Below, in pieces: positions 36,951-48,555 of a stretch of 64,000 nucleotides of DNA. Position 1 is the first letter of the stretch. Each line of letters begins with the position of its first letter. This DNA comes from Eledone cirrhosa (lineage: Eukaryota), in assembly GCA_964016885.1 (NCBI GenBank), contig OZ024741.1:372620001-372684000 (forward strand), read 5' to 3'. The position numbers were made by a program, and so were the translations under genes. The notes under the pieces are model-generated. The model saw only the letters and a program-made list of their open reading frames with translations. It did not search any database and had not been told where the DNA came from.

Positions 36951-39900
36951 CTGTATTTTTTGTTAATCTGTATTTTTTGTTATTGCTAATCTGTATTTTT
37001 TGTTATTGCTTGTTAAATACGAGGGTTTTTGTCGTATTGAACAGAACAAATCTTGTATTTTTGTTATCGCTTGTTAAATACGAGGACCTCATTCAATCCT
37101 TACCTTCTAGCTATCTACCCAACCTTAATTCCTTAATTCTATCGTATTTTCAAAACAAAACAAAATCCTTTCCTTCTTCTTCTTATAAATTCTTTTAAAT
37201 ATAGTTGTTACTTCGAAAACTCTAAACTCCCGCTCCTACTATATTCTCCCCCCTCCCTCTACTTCATGAGGGTTTCGCGGTCAGCCACCCCAATATCTAC
37301 ATCATGCGGCCAAACCTATCCCCCCCCCCCCCATCTCTCTCTCTCTCTCTCTCCCTCTCTCCCCAGCTATATATATATAAGATAAACCCTTCAAGTAAAT
37401 CACATTCACCAAATTCATCGCTGCTTCTTCACGGTATATCATGTAACGTAATGTACACATTTTTCTACCATCTCCACACTCCATTCGTACCCAGTCCAAA
37501 CCTCCAATCTTACCAAATCCTAAATGTAGTTGTCGTATTCCTAAAACAAATCTGTATATTTTGTTATTGCTTGTTAAATACGAGGGGTTTTTGTCGTATT
37601 GAACAGAACAAATCTTGTATTTTTGTTATCGCTTTTTAAATACGAGGACCTCATTCAATCCTTACCTTCTCGCTATCTACCCAACACCCCTCCCTCCCGC
37701 CCCCACGCACCACCATTGTTATTACGTGGACCAATCATAAGCCAGAGCCCCACGCACCACCATTATTATTACGTGGACCAATCATAAGCCAGAGGCCTAT
37801 ACTATCGCTTGCCTGGTTGCCTTTCGATATATGATGGATGGATGGACTACGGAATCCTGGAGAGTGGAAGAGTGAGAAAAATCTGGACGCTCAGCGACAA
37901 TGCCAAAGATAAAGACAAATTCACCTCGTGGACGAGAATGCGAGCACTCCTCTTTGTTTCGGCCGCGGATGGCTAACATAACCCCATCTCCCCCCGCTCC
38001 CCACCGCTCCCACCCTCCAAACGCAATCCAAAACTTCAGAGTTGGTACCATAAATGTAGGCACCTTAAAGGGTCGCTCTAACGAGGTTGTAGAAATGCTC
38101 GAACGTAAGGAGGTCGATGTTTGTTGTATTCAAGAGACCAGGTGGAGGGGCGGGTCTGCTAGATTCATTGAGGGTAAAAAACGATGCTATAAGCTTTTCT
38201 GGGTGGGAAATGACGATGGGCTGGGTGGAGTAGGAATCATGGTAGCAGAAAAGTGGGCAGATGAGATAATAGACGTAAATAGAGTGAACGACAGAATAAT
38301 TAAAATAAGACTTGTCCTCAATAGAACTACGGTGACAGTAATATCTGCGTACGCACCCCAATCCGGACTGCCCGGCACTATAAAAGACAGATTCTATGAG
38401 ACACTGATGCTCACTACCTCCCAAATAACCGACAGTGACTATATAATTATTGCAGGCGACCTAAATGGTCACGTTGGACAACATTGTGACGGCTACGACG
38501 AAATCCATGGAGGCTATGGGTTTGGTACTAGAAATGAGGAAGGCTCCAGAATCCTGGAATTCTGTGATGCAAATAACATAACTATCTGTAACACTAACTT
38601 CAAAAAACGTGACAATCACCTGATCACCTATAGTTCCGGGGAACACACAAGCCAGGTAGATTATATCCTTACCAGAAGACGTGACAGAGTGTCTGTTGTA
38701 AACACTAAATCCCTCCCCCATGAAGAATGCACCTCCCAACATAGACTGATAATTAGCGACCTCATAGTCAGGACGAGACGTACTCGACAGCAGAAGGGGA
38801 CTATCCTCAGGAGAAAAATATGGAAGCTAAAGGACCCCACAGCCAGAAATAAATTCCAAAGCATATTACTTGATGCTTTCGACAGTAAGGAAGAGCATTT
38901 AGAGTCGGACAATATAGAGGGACAGTGGGAATTCCTGAAAGCAAACCTGCTGATGGCGACAGACGAAGTCTGTGGCTGGAGCAGGCCTGTAGGCAGGAGG
39001 AGAGTAACATGGTGGTGGAACAGTAAGGTGGAGGGGTCAATTAAGGCCAAAAAGCAGGCTTGGAAAGTATGGCGGGATGGGGGAAGTAGAGAAGACTATC
39101 AAGTGGCCAGGAGGGAAGCTAGGAGACAAGTGTACTTCGCAAGAAGGGAAGCAGAGGAAAGAAAGTTCAAGCATGTTCTACAACGCGAGGACCAAAAACG
39201 TGAGGTGTTCAGGATTGCTAGGCAATGTGTCAAGGAAAACCGTGATATTGTCGGGGAGAAGTGTGTACTTAATGATGACGGCGTACTTGCCATCACCGAC
39301 GCTGATAAGAAGGTAGCTTGGAAGTGTCACTATGAAAGGCTACTAAATGAGGAGAATAAATGGGAGAAAGACAGTCTCCCCCACATCGACCCAATAGAGG
39401 GACCAGCAGTGTTAGTCGAGGGTAGTATAATAAGTAAGGCAATCAAGGATATGAAGACGGGTAAGGCGGCTGGGCCTTCGGAAATAGTTGCTGAGATGCT
39501 GAAGGCATCTGGCACGGTGGGACACACCATGGTCACCCGGATAGTTAACCAAGTCGTACAGAATGGGGTTGTTCCGAAGGACTGGCATAGCAGCATCATC
39601 GTTAACTGTTATAAGGGTAAAGGAGATGCCCTAGATAGGAGTAACTATAGAGGCATTAAATTAATCAACCAGGTCATGAAGGTCACGGAAAAAGTAATAG
39701 CGCAACTAATGAGAGAGAGAATTGACCTAGATGAAATGCAGTTCGGGTTTGTGTCAGGCAAAAGTACCACAGACGCTCTTTTCATTGTACGACAACTACA
39801 GGAGAAGTACCTAGCTAAAAGTAAACCCCTCTACTTAGCTTTTGTCGACTTGGAGAAAGCCTTCGACAGAGTCCCCCGTTCCATTATCTGGTGGGCCCTT

Positions 39901-41461
39901 AGAAAACTAGGTGTCGACGAATGGCTTGTGAGAGCTATACAAGCCATGTATAAAGAAACAGTCAGCAAGGTTAGAATTAACAACGAATATAGTGAAGAGT
40001 TTAGCGTAAAAGTTGGCGTCCATCAGGGCTCTGTTCTCAGCCCCCTACTATTTATTATTGCCCTTCAGGCTATAACAGAGGAGTTCAAGACCGGCTGCCC
40101 ATGGGAACTCCTATACGCAGACGACCTAACACTCATAGCTGAATCAATGGCCGAGCTAGAGAAGAAATTCCAAACATGGAAGCACGGCCTAGAATCAAAA
40201 GGCCTTAAAATTAATCTGGCTAAGACCAAAGTTCTAGTTTGTAGGAAAGAAAATAAGGCGGCGGTCCCTTCCGGGAAGTGGCCATGCTCAGTGTGTAGGA
40301 AAGGCGTAGGTAGAAACTCCATTTTGTGTCAGAAATGCAAAGTATGGGTGCATAAAAGATGTAGTGGGATCACAGGTAAGCTAACTAAGAACATAGATTT
40401 CACATGTGGCCGGTGCTCTGGTGCAATAAGTAGCAGCAAGTGCCCACAAAATACTAGCTCTTTCAACTGCGCAGAGGGCTCTATAGAAATAGTGGACAGC
40501 TTCCGTTACCTGGGTGACAAAATCAGCAGTGGGCGAGGGTGCTCTGAAAGTACAGTAGCTAGAGTCAGAACTGGATGGAAAAAGTTCAGAGAGCTTATAC
40601 CACTATTAGCCGCTAAAGGGTTCTCCCTAAAAACGAAAGGCAGGTTGTATGATGCCTGCATACGAACAGCAATGTTGCATGGCAGTGAGACCTGGGCATT
40701 GTGTGCAGAGGATATACGTAGACTAGAGAGGAACGAAGCTTGCATGCTCTGCTGGATGTGTAATAGTAATATACGTGAACGGCAAAGCATAAACGAACTA
40801 AGGAAAAAATTAGAAATAAGAGGGATCAGATGTTGTTTACTCGAGAGAAGGCTACGTTGGTATGGACACGTGATGCGCATGAAAGTCGATAGCTGTATAA
40901 CAAAGTGCAGGGCAATAAAGATAGACGGTAGCCACGGAATAGGCAGACCTAGAAAAACCTGGGACGAGCTGATAAACTCCGACCTCACACACTTACACCT
41001 CTCCAAGACAATGTCACTGGACCGAGACCTTTGGCGGTACTCAGTAATAGAGAAGACCCGCCTTACCTAAATACATAGTAAAACCTACTACAGTCAGTAG
41101 GCATCTCTAACAAAATACACCCGTCCCACCACCCCCACCCCATCCACACCGCCCCCTTCTATGTAAAGTTATGTTGGTGCCACACCATCCAGGCCGAAAC
41201 AAATGAGATCGTGTAGGTGTCACGACAAAAAAACACACAGTCCACGCTGTAATGTGGCCGTGTAGGCAACACGGTAAAAACCTCCCAGACCCACACTGTA
41301 AATGTGGTTGGTGTTAGGAAGGGCATCCAACTGTAGAAAACCTGCCAGACAGTCCTATGCGAGCAAGACAATCACTCTTGCCTCAAGTGGGAAAACCCCC
41401 GTCCAAACCCATGCAAGCGTGGAACACGGACATTAAACGTTGATGATGATGATGATGATGA
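36951..41461 (+). mobile_element. Apparently full-length RTE-clade LINE (5' region with internal duplication, single ORF, 3' UTR, (TGA)n tail)
   Basis: Starts after a (TA)n run and ends ...acgt(tga)n at 41461. Segment ~36990-37125 is duplicated at ~37550-37685. The 5' boundary is approximate. Confidence 0.88.
37900..41070 (+). CDS. Intact RTE-clade polyprotein: APE endonuclease, reverse transcriptase and an inserted PHD finger (1056 aa)
   Basis: EN motifs GTINVGTL, CIQETRW, AGDLNGHVG and TSQHRL; RT motifs QFGF, FVDLEKAFDRV, HQGSVLSPLLF, LYADD and RYLG; RTE C-terminus RRLRWYGHVMR...GRPRKTW. No stop codons. Confidence 0.96.
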   Translation: MPKIKTNSPRGRECEHSSLFRPRMANITPSPPAPHRSHPPNAIQNFRVGTINVGTLKGRSNEVVEMLERKEVDVCCIQETRWRGGSARFIEGKKRCYKLFWVGNDDGLGGVGIMVAEKWADEIIDVNRVNDRIIKIRLVLNRTTVTVISAYAPQSGLPGTIKDRFYETLMLTTSQITDSDYIIIAGDLNGHVGQHCDGYDEIHGGYGFGTRNEEGSRILEFCDANNITICNTNFKKRDNHLITYSSGEHTSQVDYILTRRRDRVSVVNTKSLPHEECTSQHRLIISDLIVRTRRTRQQKGTILRRKIWKLKDPTARNKFQSILLDAFDSKEEHLESDNIEGQWEFLKANLLMATDEVCGWSRPVGRRRVTWWWNSKVEGSIKAKKQAWKVWRDGGSREDYQVARREARRQVYFARREAEERKFKHVLQREDQKREVFRIARQCVKENRDIVGEKCVLNDDGVLAITDADKKVAWKCHYERLLNEENKWEKDSLPHIDPIEGPAVLVEGSIISKAIKDMKTGKAAGPSEIVAEMLKASGTVGHTMVTRIVNQVVQNGVVPKDWHSSIIVNCYKGKGDALDRSNYRGIKLINQVMKVTEKVIAQLMRERIDLDEMQFGFVSGKSTTDALFIVRQLQEKYLAKSKPLYLAFVDLEKAFDRVPRSIIWWALRKLGVDEWLVRAIQAMYKETVSKVRINNEYSEEFSVKVGVHQGSVLSPLLFIIALQAITEEFKTGCPWELLYADDLTLIAESMAELEKKFQTWKHGLESKGLKINLAKTKVLVCRKENKAAVPSGKWPCSVCRKGVGRNSILCQKCKVWVHKRCSGITGKLTKNIDFTCGRCSGAISSSKCPQNTSSFNCAEGSIEIVDSFRYLGDKISSGRGCSESTVARVRTGWKKFRELIPLLAAKGFSLKTKGRLYDACIRTAMLHGSETWALCAEDIRRLERNEACMLCWMCNSNIRERQSINELRKKLEIRGIRCCLLERRLRWYGHVMRMKVDSCITKCRAIKIDGSHGIGRPRKTWDELINSDLTHLHLSKTMSLDRDLWRYSVIEKTRLT

Positions 41462-41466
41462 TATAA

Positions 41467-41900
41467 ATACATACATGCACACATATATATGTACGTATGG
41501 ATTCACCGAACATTTATTATAATGCTTGGTGTGTTTGTAAACAAACATCCCGAATTAAGCCGTACAGTGTTGCTCATTTGTTCAACACTGACAAAGGAAC
41601 GCTGTACTAGTTTCAAGCTTGTTAGCTATCGTCAGCAACGTATACCTTCCTGCCAGATAGTTGAACGTCCGTAAGTATATACTTTCCTTGTGCATATTAA
41701 CGGCTGAGCAGCCTAATTTGCATATCGAGTGAGTTAATCGGCCGGGCGCACCGAAAACGATAAACGGAAAAAATGAAACGAAATTTCATTTCTCACTCTT
41801 AGTACGGCTGTTACTTAAATATAAGTATGTATACGTACATGCATATATGTATACAGACGTACAGTAGTGTGTATATATATATATACATACACACATATAT
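41467..41900 (-). repeat. Hammerhead-bearing 420-bp unit, right part of the array
   Basis: Near-identical to 36541-36950, with a few substitutions (ttatacat vs ttgtgcat; aacag vs aacgg). Confidence 0.88.
41599..41641 (-). ncRNA. Minimal type I hammerhead ribozyme (predicted), copy 2
   Basis: Identical to 36675-36717. Confidence 0.85.
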
Positions 41901-41933
41901 ATATGTACTTATATTTATATATATATATTTGTA

Positions 41934-42378
41934 CTTTGGCGGTCGGTACTCAGTAACAGAGAAGACCCGCTTTACCTAAATACATAGTAAAACCTACTAC
42001 AGCCAGTAGGCATCTCTAACAAAATACCCCCCCCCCCCCCCCCCCCCCCCGTCCCACCACTCCCACCCCATCCACACCACCCCGTTCTATGTAAAGTTAT
42101 GTTGGTGCCACACCATCCAGGCCGAAACAAATGAGATCGTGTAGGTGTCACGACAAAAAAACACACAGTCCACGCTGTAATGTGGCCGTGTAGGCAACAC
42201 GGTAAAAACCTCCCAGCCCCACACTGTAAATGTGGTTGGTGTTAGGAAGGGCATCCAGCTGTAGAAAACCTGCCAGACAGTCCTATGCGAGCAAGACAAT
42301 CACACTTGCCTCAAGTGGGAAAACCCCCGTCCAAACCCATGCAAGCGTGGAACACGGACGTTAAACGTTGATGATGAT
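41934..42378 (+). mobile_element. 5'-truncated young RTE 3' end
   Basis: Near-identical to 41029-41461. Confidence 0.92.
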
Positions 42379-42420
42379 ATATATATTTATATATATATAT
42401 TTATATATATATATATATTT

Positions 42421-43010
42421 ATCATCATCATCATCATCATCAACGTTTAACGTCCGTGTTCCACGCTTGCATGGGTTTGGACGGGGGTAGTCCCACTTGA
42501 GGCAAGAGTGATTCTCTTGCTCGCATAGGACTGTCTGGCAGGTTTTCTACAGTTGGATGCCCTTCCTAACACCAACCACATTTACAGTGTGGGTCTGGGA
42601 GGTTTTTACCGTGTTGCCTACACGGCCACATTACAGCGTGGACTGTGTGTTTTTTTGTCGTGACACCTACACGATCTCATTTGTTTCGGCCTGGATGGCG
42701 CGGCACCAACATAACTTTACATAGAACGGGGTGGTGTGGATGGGGTGGGGGTGGTGGCGGGACGGGGTGTATTTTGTTAGAGATGCCTACTGGCAAGGCG
42801 GGTCTTCTCTGTTACTGAGTACCGCCAAAGGTCTCGGTCCAGTGACATTGTCTTGGAGAGGTGTAAGTGTGTGAGGTCGGAGTTTATCAGCTCATCCCAT
42901 GTTTTTCTAGGTCTGCCTATTCCGTGGCTACCGTCTATCTTTATTGCCCTGCACTTTGTTATACAGCTATCGACTTTCATGCGCATCACGTGTCCATACC
43001 AACGCAGCCT
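42421..43010 (-). mobile_element. 5'-truncated young RTE 3' end, antisense, tail-to-tail with the previous copy
   Basis: Peptide MRMKVDSCITKCRAIKIDGSHGIGRPRKTW is identical to the intact ORF; (CAT)n at 42421. Confidence 0.93.
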
Positions 43011-43109
43011 TTTTTATATTTATATTTATATATATATGTATATATTTATTAATATAACAGATTAAAGTTTAAGCCCTCTTTGGATTTTAGTCTTCAAATT
43101 TATTATTAT

Positions 43110-43164
<55 letters not shown>

Positions 43165-43174
<10 letters not shown>

Positions 43175-44059
43175 ACTGAGGATGTCTGTCTTTGTGTGTG
43201 AGTTTGAATCCCTAAAACTCGAGAAGCACCCAACCGACTGATTTCAAACTTTACACATGTAATACTTATGTTTCAGGGAGTGTTCTGAGGAAAAAAAATT
43301 TCAAATTGTCAAGCCCTAGAGACCGCATTAGGCGATTTAGCGATCTCTCTCTATAATTCTTAGTCTTTCTCTTTTTAGATAGATACATGCATATAACGTC
43401 GCGCTCTTATAATATCTGTCTGTATGTCTGACTGTCTGCATTACGTCACTTCCCTGAGGATGTCTGTGTGTGTGAGTTTGAATCCCTAAAACTCGAGAAG
43501 TACCCAACTGACTTTTTTTAAACTTTACATGTGTATTATGTTTCAGGGAGTGTTATGCACATAAAAAATTCAACTTTTTGATCCCCTAGGTGAAAAACTG
43601 CGTGTTTTCAGGTTTTTTAGTTTTTTTTTGAGGCGTTACGTCAGACCGATTTACTTGAAATTGTAACTATGTATTAGTCAGTCTCTTCTTCATACCGTGA
43701 GCAAAAAAAATCCAACTTTTTTATGGCCCAGGGCCCGCATTAGGTGAAAAACTTCATTTTTTTTTCAGCTTTTTAAGGCTTTTTTGAGGCGTTACATCTA
43801 GCCAATTTTCCCAAAATTTCAAGGCATATTATGCACATAAAAAAAATTAATTTTCTTGATCCCCTACGGCCCACATTAGGTGGAAACCTGCATTTTTCAT
43901 GCTTCATCAAGGAAAATCTTAAAGATTATCCAGCCATCAGAGTATTCGGTTTATTTTCTTTACATATTGTCCAGGCATGCAGTTTTTCCACGATTAGGTC
44001 TGTTGGCGGCCCGCGTTCCAAAATACCTTATCCCGTGCAACGCCGGGTACCACTGCTAG
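43165..44059 (+). mobile_element. Non-autonomous Helitron-like element with internal duplications
   Basis: 3' hairpin cccgtgcaacgccggg followed by CTAG|T (44056-44059). The ctgaggatgtctgt...ccctaaaactcgagaag block is repeated at 43177 and 43454. Confidence 0.75.
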
Positions 44060-44420
44060 TATATATATATATATGATGGAATTTGCAATTTGCACCCTGG
44101 CCTCTCACAAAGTTGTATCGCATCGGAGGTTTCTCATGTGTTTCAATGATAGGGACCCCTGTCCTATCATGAAAAACGAGTGTTAATTCCTAAGTAAACT
44201 GTTTTGAAGGAAATATATTTTCTAATCTCATTTAATCTATGTATCTATCTTTTTCTTTCCTTTTTCTTTATCTATCTCGATTTCTCTATTCATTTATCAT
44301 TTATCTGTTAGTTTGTGTGTGTATGTGTGTCTGCTCTTTATCTATCAATTTTTCTATCTCTTCATTGTCTGTCTATCTATCTATCTATCTCTCTATCTAT
44401 CTGTCTTTCTTACTTAATAG

Positions 44421-44466
44421 ATAGAAGAACTCGATACAGTTGTTCTCAGAAGCCGCAAGTTAGCAA
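44421..44466 (+). CDS. TTC31: TTC31-like exon (IEELDTVVLRSRKLA; phase 0 to 1), start of TPR1
   Basis: Acceptor tttcttacttaatag, donor GTAAGT. Confidence 0.87.
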
Positions 44467-45557
44467 GTAAGTTTCTTTTCTTTTGATTATTAATCAAACC
44501 TAAGAATTCTTGTCTCTTTAAAAATAAAATTTTTTTTCATGCACACACTAACATTGTACATCTAATGGAGCATGCCTCATTTCTTTCCAGCTTTCACACA
44601 TCCTTCATATTCAGTGCTCATGTTTTGCTACTATGCAACACCACACTATATAAAAAACTTCATACAAACTGCCCTTCACACAAAGAAAGAACCCCTTTGT
44701 TGCCAGAAGAGGTAATAGCTCCCTCATTTTTTTTTTAACCCAGTTTTATTCTGGCTCCTATACTTGCAGGACATATACCTCCATTGTTAATTCAGTCACC
44801 TAAGTAACAAAAGCTATGAATAACTTCTGGGAACCTTCCAATTTTCATCATCATCAGTGTTTTATGTCAATTTTTCCATGTTCGCATATTTGAAAGAATT
44901 TATTTTATGCGGGATTCTATTGCTAACTACTCCTGTCTGCTATATAGCAAGTCTCCATTCTCTGCTTGCGATCTCACTATAGCATAGTTTACATCAGAGG
45001 TTCTCAAAGTTTTGCCCCCCCCCCCCCCCCCCCCCCCGCTTCACAGCTATGTAATACCCTCAACGCCCCCATCACTATTTCGAGAGACATCTGTCTACAC
45101 GCAAATTGTAAATAATATATAATAAATAGAATTGTTAATTTATATATAATAAATAATATAATATATACTATATATAAATAACATGGGCGGAGGTGGTGAG
45201 AGCTGACCTTAGATCGCTGAAGCTCACAGAGGAGATGACAAGGGACCGTGACGAATGGAGAGATGCTGTGCTGAAGAGGACCCGTCCCACCCTTGCAAGC
45301 AGGGAAAAGCGGACGTAAAATGATGATGATGATATAATATTCATCATTTGATACTTAATATACTATTATATAATCTACCGCCCTCCCTACACCCAACTGG
45401 ACCTTCTCAACGCTTCCCAAGGGGCAGTGGTGCTCACTTATTGAACTTCACCATATTGCCTTCCTTTCTACAACACACTATTTCATCCTTCATACATTTT
45501 TAAGAAAAACCCACTGAGACCAATTTTGCCTTTCCTCCTTCTGTGGCTAATATAATA

Positions 45558-45726
45558 CCATATTTCCCGACGTCGTAGACGCTACTTTTTTCATAAAATA
45601 AGTCTCAAAAATCTACCATGCATCCTGGAGAGGCCGAAGTTTGTTTATTATTTTTTTTTCAAATTTTGGGTTGTCAAAATTAGGGTGTGTCCTCGAGGAC
45701 GAAGTCTTTGGCGCTGGGAAATATGG
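45558..45726. mobile_element. Tc1/mariner-superfamily (Tc2-like) MITE
   Basis: TA-CCATATTTCCC...GGGAAATATGG-TA. Confidence 0.7.
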
Positions 45727-46335
45727 TACCTTTCAAATACTATGTAGATTTAACCCGTTAGCATTTAAACCGGCAGTATCTGGCCAGAATTCTCTCACCT
45801 CTTTCTTTTCAAACCTGCTGTAACTAGTCACTCATACCAAAATAAATAATATCAAAATCTCATAGATTTAATATTATGTCAGATAAGTATGAGAAAATAT
45901 AATAGCAATATAGAGTAATGTAAATGGTAAAGGGTTAATCAACTGAATTGGACTCCTGAAATTCTGGCCATGTACATATATTACAGATAATAGTAGTTAT
46001 TATTGTTGTTATAAGGGTGATGGATTGGCAGTATAGGTAGAACATCAGACAACATGCTTCATAGCATATAGTTACATCCCTTTCTGTTCTGAGTTCAAAT
46101 CCTGCCAAGGTTAGATTTGCCTTTCACCCTTACGAGGGTCAATAAAATAAAGAGCCACTGGAGTTGATTTAATCAACTTTCTTCTTCCCCAAATTTGTTG
46201 ATCTTCTGTCTAAATCAGGAACCATTATTGTTGCTGTTATAATGATGTTGATCATCATTATCAAATGATTACTTTTTATTTTAGATCCTTTTAAAGTACT
46301 ATATGAACTAGATTTCGTAGAGTATTATTTGTATT

Positions 46336-46588
46336 GTGAGTTAATCCTATCAGAATTACCTTCCTTACTTCATGGATTGTGATATCATATGAGTTTTTTT
46401 TTAACCTTTCATTGCTAGTTAGCATTGGGCTTAGGATTTTTAATAACTAGTATTGCTAGTTGTGAGTTAATCTTCTCAGAATTACCTTCCTTACTTCATG
46501 GATTGTAATATTATATGAGTATTTGCTGAACCTTTCATTGCTTGTTAGCATTGGGCTTAGGATTTTTAATAACTAGTATTGCTAGTTA
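46336..46588. repeat. Local tandem duplication of about 126 bp
   Basis: tgtgagttaatc...ccttccttacttcatggattgt...aataactagtattgctagtt occurs twice, head to tail. Confidence 0.85.
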
Positions 46589-47902
46589 GGCTTTGGGGTT
46601 TTTAATAACTAGCATTGTGTCAGTTTTCAAACTTCGCATCTTGCTCATCTCTCTTTAGAGCTTTCTATTGACATCTTTTGTACTATTTTCCAATTAGAGT
46701 ATTTGCCGGTCTATTGGATGCACTTTAAAAAAATATATATATAAAAATCTTCCCTTCATCCAATACGCCACTGATGGGCGGTCGAATGGAAGGTGAGAAC
46801 AATCAATAAATCTAGCTTATATTACCTTTAGTATTACTAATCCAGTAGTACAATACAATTTATATAAGCAAATGATGTCAAACTTATTTAAGAGTTTCTG
46901 AGAAAACAATGAAATAAAATTTTTAATAAATTTATGAAGAAATGTACTAAAATTCTTTTTTCTCAAAATGTCCTTGTAAATTCAGGGGGTGTCCAATAGG
47001 CCAGCAAATATGGTAGTTTACTTTCTGAGAAGACTGGATAGGCAGAATTGATAGAACATCTAATAAAATTCCATTATAGTATTTATTCTGGCTCTTTACT
47101 TCCTGAGTTCAAATCCTCCTGAGGTCATCCTTCCGGGGTTGATAAAATAAAGTACTAATCAAGTACTGAGGCTGATGTAGTCAACTTTGCCCTTCTTCTT
47201 AAAATTGCTGGCTTTGTGCCCAAATTAAAAATAAATTAGTTTACTCTCTAATGGTATGCTTACATCAATAAAGATTTACTTATTGTCTTTATGCATTCTT
47301 AACAATATCCAACCTATTGATTTAAATCTTTTTATTTGTTTTGATGAAACTTTGGAAAGTGATGTCCCTATTTTTAGTGACTCTACTTGGTTACTGTCCT
47401 TGTCACGTTGTCTTCTGTCTAAATATATCCTGTTTGTTCATCAGCACAGTTATTTCCCATTATATCATTCAATTACTCAAAGTAACTGGAAACAAAATAG
47501 TTTATTATTAATTCTTCATACATTTTCTAGCATCATCATCATCCTTATCATCATTTAATATCTGTTTTCCCTACTAGCTTTGCCTTTCATCCTTATGGGG
47601 TCAATAAAAGAAAGCACCAGTAATGTTCTGGGGTTGATTTGGTCAACTTTTCCCTTCCCTTTAAATTGCCAGCCTTGTGCCAAATGTAGAAACAATTGTT
47701 ACCATGCCTATGTTATAAATCCTTATATGATAGATGATGGAATTCTATAGCATTTGACAGTATGTGCTATATCCTATTTAGTCATGTTACATTATGTTCT
47801 ACTTTCAAATCCTGTCAAGGTGAATTTGTATTTCATCTGTCTGGAGTTTGATAAAATTGGTATTAACTGGAGTTCTTTTCCACAAAATGTGTGTTCTGAT
47901 CA

Positions 47903-48555
47903 TAATAATGAAATTATTGTGTACAGTGCTCAGGTGCACTACAACTCATCAAAGGTGCATGTATAGTACATAGAATAATGTACAAATGTCAGGAAAATAA
48001 ACAGTGTATGAGTCATGATATAATAATAATAACAATAATAATAATGAAATATTGTGTACAGTGCCCAAGTGCACTACAACTCATCAAAAAGTGTATGTAC
48101 AGTACATAGGGCAATGCACAAACATCAGGAAAATGAACAGTGCACGAGTCATGATACACACAAATGTGCATGTGTATGGAAGGGGTACATCAGGTGTAGT
48201 TTTGGCGTATTTCGGGAAGCATGAGTGTCTTAAAGGATGCAGTGTCTCGGCAGCTAACAACTGACGCAGGCAGTTTGTTCCATGCTTCAGCAACTCTGAG
48301 CGTGAAAAAATGTCTACGAAAGTCATGGGAGCTGTGCTGTTTTCTGATTTTGTAGGCATGTCCACGTGTGTTAGACACATGGAGATCAAAAAGGTGCTCA
48401 GGGTTGCAATTGGCGAGATGGTTAATAACTTTGTGGGTATTTACCAAGTCCATTGCCAGATGTCGGAGCTTCAATGAATCCATGCCCAGGGAAGCAAGGT
48501 GTTCAGAGTATGGTAGGTGTCTGATGGAGGGTATGTGCTTGGTTGCACGTCTCTG
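47903..48555 (-). mobile_element. 5'-truncated copy of the CR1/L2-type LINE at 1-2980
   Basis: Peptide MDSLKLRHLAMDLVNTHKVINHLANCNPEHLF is near-identical to ORF 2151-2597; same duplicated tail. Confidence 0.92.

Noticed and set aside
37915-37985. HDV-like ribozyme near the RTE 5' end (acctcgtgg, ctcctc, ggctaac)
   Set aside because: I could not build consistent P1, P2 and P1.1 pairings, and the segment lies inside the ORF. A descriptor search would be needed.
38065-41006. Antisense ORFs overlapping the RTE ORF (and similar ORFs opposite other LINE copies)
   Set aside because: Shadow frames of the retroelement coding strand with no independent motifs.
36541-41900. ~410-bp direct repeats around the RTE read as LTRs or as a giant target-site duplication
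   Set aside because: There are no TG...CA ends, PBS, gag or integrase. The copies differ at several sites, and the right B segment resembles the first B rather than the adjacent one, which favours insertion into a pre-existing tandem array. A long TSD is not fully excluded.
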